A stretch of 60,940 nt of DNA, filler included, from Armatimonadota bacterium (lineage in GTDB: Bacteria > Armatimonadota > Fimbriimonadia > Fimbriimonadales > Fimbriimonadaceae), in the NCBI GenBank assembly GCA_031400935.1. It is 3 parts of 3 records of this genome, joined end to end, with 100 filler letters (N's around TTAATTAATTAA, not from the genome) between each part and the next. Parts side by side here need not be neighbours in the genome. Positions count along the whole stretch, not along the records: positions 1 to 21,461 come from JANNQV010000059.1; positions 21,562 to 47,494 come from JANNQV010000063.1; 1 more part is not named here. One strand, given 5' to 3'. Under the pieces are notes generated by a model. It was not told the DNA's origin. It worked only from the letters and a program-made list of their open reading frames with translations, and searched no databases. Positions 19,550 through 27,763 of this stretch are shown here, in pieces (the stretch's first letter is position 1; the number at the start of each line of letters is the position of its first letter). The translations under genes were made by a program, and so were the position numbers.

Positions 19550-20734
19550 CTAGGCGTGCTCGTAGGCATCCTTTAGCCTTGGGTCGTGAGTTGGCAGGAG
19601 ACTGCCAACTGTAGCAGCTTTAGAAAACGCAAAGAGCCAAAGGCCGCCAATTGCCAGAAAAGCTCCGATATCAATCGGTTGAAACTGAAGCGTCTTTCGG
19701 AAGAACGGCAGGACGATCCAGTATTGCTCAATAAATCGAAAAACCAAAATCCAGATGGCGATCGCAACCAAATACTTTGGTGTAGCTTTCACTCTTGGAA
19801 ACAAAAGCACAATGAACGGGACCGCAAAACAACCGAGCATTAAACTAATTCCCATTGCACCCCATGTCGGGTCTTGCCGATTGAGGAAAAACGAGTTGAA
19901 TTCTGGCAAGTTTCCAGCGTAAATGATTACGTACTGCGAGAATGAGAAATATCCCCAAAGGCAAGTAAACACGAACATCCAGTTGCCTAAATCTTTGCTT
20001 AGCCCTCTGTTTACAACCGAAGAAAATGGGTCTTTTTTTGAGTTGCCCATCACGATGATGTTGAACAACGCGAAAACGGCGAGCGCACCGCCTGCAATGT
20101 TGATGAATCCCCAAATATGGCTGAGCCAATGGGGGTCAAGCGACATGGTCAGGTCGGTAAATGCGAGCGTAGCAGTCAAAGCAAAGAGCACGATGCACGG
20201 TGCCGAAACGTCCGTCCTCTTCTGAGCAAGCTTCTCATCATGGTTTTCATCTTGCTTCATCGAAGACTTTCGTAGCCAATTCGCAAGGAAACCCCAGATA
20301 GCCAAGTAGCCGATGAACCTGGCAATAAAGAAACTTGGACTCAAATATCCGAATTTGAACGCTGTAAGCGTCGTCGCGTGTTCTGTGAATTCGGGCCTTG
20401 CCCACGAATAAAGCACGGGCAAATTCGTAAGAATGGGAATCGCTAGAACTCCCATCAAAAACAGCGCGCCGACTCCACCGCCAGCTTCAAGGAGCCGCAA
20501 AATCGCAAGTCCCCAAGCACCACGGACTGTATGGTGCAATAGTGTCAATCCGACGCATCCTACTGTTATCGCGAACCAAAACATATAGCCAAATAGGTAC
20601 GAAGGCAGCGCAACGGTTTTGTTATTGAAAATCTCAAACGCAGTCCAAAGAGCGCAGACAACGCCGACCAAAAGCCCGACCATACCAAGTTTGTCGAGCC
20701 CTATCGCTTTGCCAGAATTGTTCGGTATCGTCAT
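19550..20734 (-). CDS. actF: Alternative complex III membrane subunit ActF
   Basis: About 10 TMs, DLTMSLDPHW.S, DLGN..F...W.Y..FSQY.IIY.GNLPE. Confidence 0.9.
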   Translation of the reverse strand: MTIPNNSGKAIGLDKLGMVGLLVGVVCALWTAFEIFNNKTVALPSYLFGYMFWFAITVGCVGLTLLHHTVRGAWGLAILRLLEAGGGVGALFLMGVLAIPILTNLPVLYSWARPEFTEHATTLTAFKFGYLSPSFFIARFIGYLAIWGFLANWLRKSSMKQDENHDEKLAQKRTDVSAPCIVLFALTATLAFTDLTMSLDPHWLSHIWGFINIAGGALAVFALFNIIVMGNSKKDPFSSVVNRGLSKDLGNWMFVFTCLWGYFSFSQYVIIYAGNLPEFNSFFLNRQDPTWGAMGISLMLGCFAVPFIVLLFPRVKATPKYLVAIAIWILVFRFIEQYWIVLPFFRKTLQFQPIDIGAFLAIGGLWLFAFSKAATVGSLLPTHDPRLKDAYEHA

Positions 20735-20740
20735 TACTTC

Positions 20741-21460
20741 TTAGTGCCCTCCTTCATGGGCGGTTTCGGTTTCTAGAACTGCTCCCGAACGGACTTTCTC
20801 AATTTCTTCTGGCGACATTTCCATTGCCTTCACGTTTTGGCTGGCCTGTAAAACTCGAATATAGGATGCGATTGCCCACCGGTCATCAGGCTTGACTCGG
20901 TATGCGAATGGAAACATTACGCCATGGCCGTTTGTGATTACATCAAAGAAATAGCCGATTGGCATTTTTCGGAGCCGTTCGGTGTGATAGGAGGCAGGTG
21001 GCTTTCGCAAAGCCAAGCCTCTTTGGGCAATCATGCCCTTACCGTTCCCTAGTGCTCCGTGGCAATGAGTGCAGAAGATTCCAAATCGGTCTTTTCCTCG
21101 TCGCAAAACGGATTCAAGTTCCGTGCTCGTATTTACCTTTTTGCCAGCTAGAGTCAGTTCGGCGGGCAAGACTGAGACGAATTTTCGATTCTCTCGGCCA
21201 GTTTTCTCGCCGTCGGGCACTTGCTTCCAATCCCAATTGACTGTGCCTTGAACAGGAGGGCGGACATTCTGTTGATCAGCAAAGAATTCATTCGGTTCTT
21301 GTCCCACAGTCTTGGGTTGTCGCCACATGTCGGTGTGACAACCAACCATGGTGAGCGTCGCTATGACAAGGATGGCAGCATTTGGAAGTGCGCGGGCTTG
21401 GCCGCGCTTTGATATCTTGAAAAAGTTTGTAAAAGCGCGGCCAAGCCCGCGCACTCCCAA
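20741..21460 (-). CDS. actE: Alternative complex III monoheme cytochrome c lipoprotein ActE (start uncertain, frame open to the contig end)
   Basis: Lipobox TMVG-C, HTDMWRQPK, CTHCH, DDRWAIASYIRVLQ. Confidence 0.88.
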   Translation of the reverse strand: MGVRGLGRAFTNFFKISKRGQARALPNAAILVIATLTMVGCHTDMWRQPKTVGQEPNEFFADQQNVRPPVQGTVNWDWKQVPDGEKTGRENRKFVSVLPAELTLAGKKVNTSTELESVLRRGKDRFGIFCTHCHGALGNGKGMIAQRGLALRKPPASYHTERLRKMPIGYFFDVITNGHGVMFPFAYRVKPDDRWAIASYIRVLQASQNVKAMEMSPEEIEKVRSGAVLETETAHEGGH

Positions 21461-21461
21461 A
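21381..21461. repeat. REP doublet (inverted pair), TTTGGGAGTGCGCGGGCTTG family, at the contig end
   Basis: tttggaagtgcgcgggcttggccgcgcttt (21381-21410) and aaagcgcggccaagcccgcgcactcccaaa (21432-21461), 30-bp IR with 1 mismatch. Confidence 0.85.
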
Positions 21462-21561
21462 NNNNNNNNNNNNNNNNNNNNNNNNNNNNNNNNNNNNNNN
21501 NNNNNTTAATTAATTAANNNNNNNNNNNNNNNNNNNNNNNNNNNNNNNNNNNNNNNNNNNN
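21462..21561. other. Artificial contig linker (N44-TTAATTAATTAA-N44)
   Basis: 100-nt N run with a six-frame stop spacer. Confidence 0.97.
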
Positions 21562-21562
21562 G

Positions 21563-22450
21563 ACCCACGGAGACCCTGATCATCCGTTAAGAATTGCGAA
21601 CCTTGAAATACCGTGCTATGTCCTTGAAGATGGGCGGAGAGTGATCGTAAGGAACGGGTTACTCAGTGCAATGGGAATGTCAGAAGGTACAGCGGCGGCA
21701 AAGGCGACAGGCGACAGGCTTGCAAGATTCATTGCCACAAAGGGGATTCAAGAATCCGTATCTCCCGAATTGGCAAAAGTGATCAACCAACCTATTAGAT
21801 TCGGTCGCGCAGGTGGTGCCAGCCAATTCTATGGGTACGAAGCAACAGTTCTTGCTGACTTGTGTAGTGCAGTTCTTGACGCCCGTGACCATTCTCGGCT
21901 CAATTACCAACAACAGCACATTGCCGATAGATGCGATTTGCTGGTTCGCGCTCTTTCAAAAGTTGGAATTATCGCGCTTGTTGATGAGGCAACGGGCTAC
22001 CAATACTCTCGGGCCAGAGACGCATTGGCGGAGATTCTTGAAAAGTTCATTGGCGAAGAGCTTAGAAGATGGGTCAAAACATTTCCAGACGAGTTCTACA
22101 GGCTCTTATTCAAGCTACGCGGATTGACATATTCGCAATTCACGACTAAGCGTCCGATCATCATTGGCAAACTTACAAATGATATTGTCTACGAGAGGCT
22201 TGCCCCAGAAGTGCTAATTGAACTTCAAAAAAGAAACCCTAAGCTCCCTAGTGGACGACGGCGGCACAAGCACTTTCAATGGCTAACAGAAGACATTGGA
22301 CACCCCAGGCTTCAAGAGCATCTATACGCGGTGATTGCCCTTATGAGAGCCGCGCCAACTTGGGACGCCTTCTATAGGTCGCTCCAAAGGGCACTGCCTA
22401 AACATACCGAGCAGTTAACTCTGATTGACATTCCAATTGAGGACGAATAG
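21563..22450 (+). CDS. P63C-domain protein (phage-associated), 5'-truncated by the contig start
   Basis: Frame open from 21563 (THGDPDHPLRIANLEIPCYVLEDGRRVI...); IIALVDEATGYQ, W.KTFPDEFY, TNDIVYERLAP, HFQWLT. Confidence 0.85.
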   Translation, partial: THGDPDHPLRIANLEIPCYVLEDGRRVIVRNGLLSAMGMSEGTAAAKATGDRLARFIATKGIQESVSPELAKVINQPIRFGRAGGASQFYGYEATVLADLCSAVLDARDHSRLNYQQQHIADRCDLLVRALSKVGIIALVDEATGYQYSRARDALAEILEKFIGEELRRWVKTFPDEFYRLLFKLRGLTYSQFTTKRPIIIGKLTNDIVYERLAPEVLIELQKRNPKLPSGRRRHKHFQWLTEDIGHPRLQEHLYAVIALMRAAPTWDAFYRSLQRALPKHTEQLTLIDIPIEDE

Positions 22451-22520
22451 CAGTCCCTCGCACGGACTGCCAAGAAATGAAAGTCTTTTCCCCAACTTGC
22501 ACCGTCTAAATGATTGCAGA

Positions 22521-22551
22521 GGGGAAAGCGGTGGTACCATCACCGCTCCCC
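22521..22551 (+). terminator. GC-rich hairpin downstream of the P63C gene
   Basis: gggg-aa-agcggtggt-acc-atcaccgct-cccc; no good U-tract. Confidence 0.35.
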
Positions 22552-22688
22552 CTGTATATCGGATCAAATTGCAAGCTGATCGCACTTAGGACGTATCAGC
22601 CTTACAAAATGGTTCAATTTCGTCACTTTGCGGCTGGTAACCGCTCCGACATCGTATCCCGGCTCGAAACCGGGAGGGTGGACAAACC

Positions 22689-22868
22689 ATGAGGTTCTAC
22701 CTCTACAAAGACATATCAAATGAATGGCGTTGGTACGTGAAAACCAGCAACGGCAACAAGATTGCCGATTCTGGTGAAGGATACAAAAACAAGTATGATT
22801 GCCTTGCCGCAATTGGGCTTGTTATCAGCACAAACTCCCAAACGCCAATCACCGACCTCTCTACCTAA
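22689..22868 (+). CDS. DUF1508 (YegP/UPF0339) family small protein, 59 aa
   Basis: Not in the ORF track. MRFYLYKDISNEWRWYVKTSNGNKIADSGEGYKNKYDCLAAIGLV... matches the family motif WRW...NG..IA.SGEGY; GGAGG upstream. Confidence 0.85.
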   Translation: MRFYLYKDISNEWRWYVKTSNGNKIADSGEGYKNKYDCLAAIGLVISTNSQTPITDLST

Positions 22869-23104
22869 CCAAATCGGTTAGCACGACGCCTGCCAGAAAA
22901 AAAGTTCTGAATCCAACAAATGGACTTTGCAAGAACTCCACAACTGGTAGGCACAGAGAATTGAAGGACTCCCATGTACCTTCCATCACGCATCCTCTCA
23001 ATCCGTTGCCACAAGTCGTTTTCAGACGTTGCCGGAACCTCTATCACAAACAGTTTTCCGTCGTGTTGATACTCCACAACGTGTATTTCAAATCCATCAG
23101 TCAT
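22865..23104 (-). CDS. Small hypothetical protein convergent on the DUF1508 gene
   Basis: 79-aa ORF with ATG start; its stop overlaps the DUF1508 stop; protein-like composition. Confidence 0.55.
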   Translation of the reverse strand: MTDGFEIHVVEYQHDGKLFVIEVPATSENDLWQRIERMRDGRYMGVLQFSVPTSCGVLAKSICWIQNFFSGRRRANRFG

Positions 23105-23341
23105 ACTTAATCACACTTATTAGATATTCGGGATTATTCTACGTTTTCCTTCATGTTAAAATCACGCATAATTTACCACTACCGTAATCTAGGACATTCC
23201 GAAGATCATAGCTGTCTCTGAGATTGACCCTTCGCGAATCAAGCAATAAATGAAGACTTGCTGGTATTCAAAAGCAGAAAAGTACGCGATTTGTGTTCGT
23301 GATAGCGAACCGGCATATAAATGAGTGACGGATAAGGACTA

Positions 23342-26260
23342 ATGCTCAAACCTAAAAAGTCAGGTTTAATTCTGGCAATATCGCTGTTGCCCACGGCGTG
23401 GTTTGCCGCTACCGCGAGCACATTGCAGGGTCCTTCAAGTCCAGATTTCAGCGCGGACATTGCCCCGATTCTCCGGGCTCATTGCTCGCCATGCCATACG
23501 GGCAAGCAAGCGTCGGGCGGACTCTCGATGGCGTCTTACGAATCGCTAATGAAGAGCGGGGTAGTGGTTAAGGGCTCGGCAAAAGAGAGTTTGTTGATGC
23601 AGCGGATATTGGGTGCAGGCGGATTGCCCCGTATGCCGTTAGGATTCAAACCGCTTGACAATGACGATTCCGAACTCATTCGAAATTGGATTGCGGCAGG
23701 TGCGAAGGCAAGAATCCGGCCCGTGCAGCAACACTGGGCGTTTGTTCCGCCTAAGCGGCCCTTGGTTCCCCGGATAGCCGGGAATCCGATAGATGCATTT
23801 GTTCTTTCGCGTTTGCGGCGAGCAGGCATACACCCGTCGCCTAGCGCCGACAAACCCACCCTAATCCGGCGATTATCGCTTGACCTAATTGGACTTCCGC
23901 CTACCGTCGCGGAGGTCGAAGCGTTCCTTGCAGACAAGTCACCAAGAGCTTATGAAAAAGTTGTTGATCGCTTGTTGGCGAGCCCGCATTACGGAGAACG
24001 AATGGCTTTGCCGTGGCTCGACGCTGCTCGCTACGCCGACAGCAACGGCTTTCAGCAGGATGGCGACACATACCAATATGTATGGCGTGATTGGGTCGTC
24101 AGGGCTCTGAATGCGAATATGCCGTTTGACCAGTTTACGATTGAGCAGCTTGCAGGTGATCTCCTGCCAAAGCCAACTTTGGATCAGCTTGTTGCAACAG
24201 GTTTCAACCGAAATCATATGCTTAACGGCGAAGGTGGGGCGATCCCAGAAGAACAGCGCAATGTCAACCTGTTCGACCGTGTTGACACCACGGCTTCAAC
24301 TTGGCTCAGCCTCACGATGGCGTGTACACGATGCCACGACCACAAATATGACCCTCTTACGCAGCGTGATTACTTCTCGATGATGGCGTACTTTAACCGC
24401 GTTCCTGAATCCGGAGTGCCTTCTGGCAGCGGGCAATACCGAATTGCCGATCCTTGGGTGTATGCCGGCAATGCCGTACAAGTGAGATCATTGGCGCTGG
24501 CTGAGGCAGAAGTGCTTCGAGCCAAAAGTGCTGAGTCGAAGATCAAGGGTAGCCCAGAGTTTGGAAAGGAGTTTGATGCTTGGCGACAAAGTGTATTGGA
24601 GGACTTAGAAGGAACTGCTGTCAAACTTTCTCCATGGCTAGAAGTGGGCAAGTTTGTCGCAGCCTCATTCGATGAGGCGTTTGTAAAGGAGTTCGGCCCG
24701 GAGATTGGGAAAGCTGCCTATGCGACGGAAAGATTGGAATATGAAGACGGAAAGGTCATCGAACTTGCAGGCGACAACACTGCGTTCTACTTCCAACGAA
24801 AACTCCAAGCTGAGCGCACAGTTCGCTATCTTTTCTCTCTGAGCAGCGACGATGCGATCAAGTTATGGCTAAACGGCAAGGAAGTTCTTAGCCGAAAGGT
24901 GAACAGGGGAGTTGTTCCAGATTCGGACAGGGTAATTGTTCAGCTTCAGAAGGGAGAGAATGTGATTCTCCTAAAAGTTGTGAATGGCGGCGGGCCGGGC
25001 GGATTTTATTTCCGAGGGTTTGTGGGCGGGGTGGATGATCAAACAGTGGCTTTGGCAAGGAGCAACAAGCCAGCCGACAAAGAGAAGTTGAAATCAATCT
25101 TCGCTGAAACGGCACCAAACAACGAACTGAAGGCACTTCGGATGGCGACCTCCAAAGCGGAGGCAAAATTGGCGAAGCTCAAAGAAAGCCTGCCTCGCGT
25201 GATGGTCATGTCAGATGCCATGTCACGCAAGACTTCTATTCTGCGTCGTGGCAACTACGAAGAACCCATGGACGAGGTCAAGCCTGCAACTCCAATGGCA
25301 TTCAAGAGTATTGGGGAAGCTCCAAGCAATCGGCTGGGTTTGGCTAAGTGGATTGTATCTCCTGCCAATCCACTTACAGCCCGTGTTCAAGTGAACCGCG
25401 CATGGCAGCACTTTTTCGGCCGTGGTTTAGTGCGCACCGAGGAGAATTTTGGAAGGAAAGGCGAGCCGCCAACGCACCCTGAATTGCTTGATTGGCTGGC
25501 TGTTGATCTGCGAGAAAGCGGCTGGAACATGAAACGGCTTCACAAGCTGATTGTCATGAGCAATACATACAAACAAAGTTCAAAAACCTCTCCACAGATC
25601 CTAAAGCGCGATCCTGCAAACCTGCTCTACTCACGCGCACCACGTTTTCGATTGCCTTCGATGATCCTGAGGGATGTGGCGCTCGCAGCAAGTGGGCTAC
25701 TTGACCCTGCACTTGGCGGCAAGCCCGTTTATCCTTATCAGCCAAAAGGTATATGGGATGGACTTTCGATCACTCTTGAACGGGACTTCACGTATCCCCA
25801 ATCCTTTGGCAAAGATAACTACCGGCGCAGCTTATACACTTTTTGGCGAAGGACTGCCGCCCCAGGCAACATGTTCGATGCTAGTTCGCGTCAAGTCTGT
25901 ACGGTTAAGCCAACTCTAACATCAACACCCCTTCACGCACTTACGATGATGAACGACGTTACTTGGGTCGAAGCTGGAACTGCCCTAGCATGCACATTGC
26001 CTTCAAAAGCAACAGACGACCAGAGACTTGCTACGGCGTTTTATCGGGTTTGCTCTCGAAGACCAAAGCCTGAAGAGCTCACGGTATTGAAGAGATCATT
26101 AGAACGCGCCAGAAGAGCGTACAAATCGGATCCCAAATCTGCACTGGCATACTTGAGCAGTGGGTTTTTCAAGCCAACGAACAAAACGCCTGAATTGGCA
26201 GCATTGGCTGCAGTTTGCACAGCGATTTTCAATTTGGACGAGGCGATGACGAGAGAATAA
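23342..26260 (+). CDS. Planctomycete-type cytochrome c / DUF1549 (PSCyt2) / DUF1553 (PSD1) protein with PA14-like insert
   Basis: Signal peptide, CSPCH, LIRRLSLDLIGLPPT, WLDAARYADSNG, CTRCHDHKYDP, PTHPELLDWLA, RRSLYTFWRR. Confidence 0.93.
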   Translation: MLKPKKSGLILAISLLPTAWFAATASTLQGPSSPDFSADIAPILRAHCSPCHTGKQASGGLSMASYESLMKSGVVVKGSAKESLLMQRILGAGGLPRMPLGFKPLDNDDSELIRNWIAAGAKARIRPVQQHWAFVPPKRPLVPRIAGNPIDAFVLSRLRRAGIHPSPSADKPTLIRRLSLDLIGLPPTVAEVEAFLADKSPRAYEKVVDRLLASPHYGERMALPWLDAARYADSNGFQQDGDTYQYVWRDWVVRALNANMPFDQFTIEQLAGDLLPKPTLDQLVATGFNRNHMLNGEGGAIPEEQRNVNLFDRVDTTASTWLSLTMACTRCHDHKYDPLTQRDYFSMMAYFNRVPESGVPSGSGQYRIADPWVYAGNAVQVRSLALAEAEVLRAKSAESKIKGSPEFGKEFDAWRQSVLEDLEGTAVKLSPWLEVGKFVAASFDEAFVKEFGPEIGKAAYATERLEYEDGKVIELAGDNTAFYFQRKLQAERTVRYLFSLSSDDAIKLWLNGKEVLSRKVNRGVVPDSDRVIVQLQKGENVILLKVVNGGGPGGFYFRGFVGGVDDQTVALARSNKPADKEKLKSIFAETAPNNELKALRMATSKAEAKLAKLKESLPRVMVMSDAMSRKTSILRRGNYEEPMDEVKPATPMAFKSIGEAPSNRLGLAKWIVSPANPLTARVQVNRAWQHFFGRGLVRTEENFGRKGEPPTHPELLDWLAVDLRESGWNMKRLHKLIVMSNTYKQSSKTSPQILKRDPANLLYSRAPRFRLPSMILRDVALAASGLLDPALGGKPVYPYQPKGIWDGLSITLERDFTYPQSFGKDNYRRSLYTFWRRTAAPGNMFDASSRQVCTVKPTLTSTPLHALTMMNDVTWVEAGTALACTLPSKATDDQRLATAFYRVCSRRPKPEELTVLKRSLERARRAYKSDPKSALAYLSSGFFKPTNKTPELAALAAVCTAIFNLDEAMTRE

Positions 26261-27718
26261 ATGAACTTGTTTTTTGAGCGTGATTTGATGATCTCTCGCC
26301 GCCAGCTTCTGGGGAAGGCGGCTCAAGGTGTTGGCTCAATTGCTTTGCTCAGCATGCTCGCTCAAGAAGGTTACGCCCAGGCAAAGCAGGGCATGAAGGG
26401 CTTGAAAGGTCTGCCGCATTTCAAGCCAAAAGCCAAACGAGTTATCGTCCTATGGCAAGGTGGGGCGCCATCGCAAATTGACCTGTTCGATTACAAGCCC
26501 GGCCTTGAGAAGCATCGGTTGGAAGAACTGCCGGAATCCATTCGCAAAACTTCACGGCTTTCGACAATGACTAGCACTCAAGGCAAATACCCGGTGCTGC
26601 CTGCGATTCAGCCGTTTAAACAATATGGAGAATCGGGCTTGTGGCTTAGTGAATTGATACCGCACATTGGCTCCATTGCGGATGAGATATGCCTTGTGAA
26701 ATCAATGCACACGGATGCTGTGAATCATGCTCCCGGAGTCACTCTCTTCCTTACTGGGAGCCAGATTCCTGGTAGGCCGAGCATGGGGGCTTGGGCAGCG
26801 TATGGATTGGGAAGCGTGACCGATGAATTGCCTGCCTTCGTCGTTATGACTTCAAGTGACGAAAAGAAGACTTGCGGACAACTTTTCTACGACTATTATT
26901 GGGGCAGCGGATTCCTTCCGTCGCTTTACCAAGGCGTTCGGTTTAGGAGCGAAGGCGACCCTGTTCTCTATTTGAACAACCCGCCCGGCATGTCCCCTGA
27001 ACTTAGGAGGGGGCTGCTCAATGACATTGCAGACCTGGACAAGAAGCGTCATGCTGAGTTTGGGGACCCAGAGATTGAATCTCGCATCGCGCAATACGAA
27101 ATGGCATTCAAGATGCAAACGAGCGTGCCTGAGCTTACAGACATTTCAAAAGAGCCAAAGAGCGTGTTGGAAATGTATGGGCCTGATGTCACGAAGAAAG
27201 GATCGTATGCTCACAACTGCCTACTAGCCCGACGACTTATAGAGCGAGGAACCACTTTTGTCCAGCTTATGCATGCAGGTTGGGACCAGCACCAGAACCT
27301 CTCGACACAACTCGCATTGCAATGCAGAGATACCGACCAACCATCTGCGGCACTTGTAAAGGACCTAGCGCAAAAGGGCCTACTGGATGAGACAATTGTG
27401 CTTTGGGCTGGGGAATTTGGTCGAACCGTTTTTGTTCAAGGCGATATCAGCAATCCAAACGCACATGGCAGAGACCATTTTGGCAAGGCGTATTCGGTAT
27501 GGATCGCCGGTGGTGGATTCAAAGGAGGCACCAACTATGGGGAAACGGATGAGTTTTGCTATAGCGTGGTCAAGGACCCAGTCAGTGGGAATGACCTGCA
27601 GGCGACGATCCTAAACCAGTTGGGAATTGACCATGAGCGTCTAACCTATCGGTACCAAGGAAGAGATTTCCGTCTGACCGACGTCGAAGGCGAAGTCGTT
27701 CGCACACTGATTGCCTAA
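26261..27718 (+). CDS. DUF1501 (sulfatase-like fold) protein with Tat signal
   Basis: SRRQLL twin-arginine signal, [35 protein letters not shown]. Confidence 0.93.
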   Translation: MNLFFERDLMISRRQLLGKAAQGVGSIALLSMLAQEGYAQAKQGMKGLKGLPHFKPKAKRVIVLWQGGAPSQIDLFDYKPGLEKHRLEELPESIRKTSRLSTMTSTQGKYPVLPAIQPFKQYGESGLWLSELIPHIGSIADEICLVKSMHTDAVNHAPGVTLFLTGSQIPGRPSMGAWAAYGLGSVTDELPAFVVMTSSDEKKTCGQLFYDYYWGSGFLPSLYQGVRFRSEGDPVLYLNNPPGMSPELRRGLLNDIADLDKKRHAEFGDPEIESRIAQYEMAFKMQTSVPELTDISKEPKSVLEMYGPDVTKKGSYAHNCLLARRLIERGTTFVQLMHAGWDQHQNLSTQLALQCRDTDQPSAALVKDLAQKGLLDETIVLWAGEFGRTVFVQGDISNPNAHGRDHFGKAYSVWIAGGGFKGGTNYGETDEFCYSVVKDPVSGNDLQATILNQLGIDHERLTYRYQGRDFRLTDVEGEVVRTLIA

Positions 27719-27763
27719 AGATCATCGTGTGGTTCAGTTTATTGGCCGCATGCCAAAATCCCC

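Noticed and set aside
21462..21561. TTAATTAATTAA palindrome and apparent adjacency of actE to P63C (also rplT to etfA at 47495-47594)
   Set aside because: Artificial contig linkers; gene order across them has no biological meaning.
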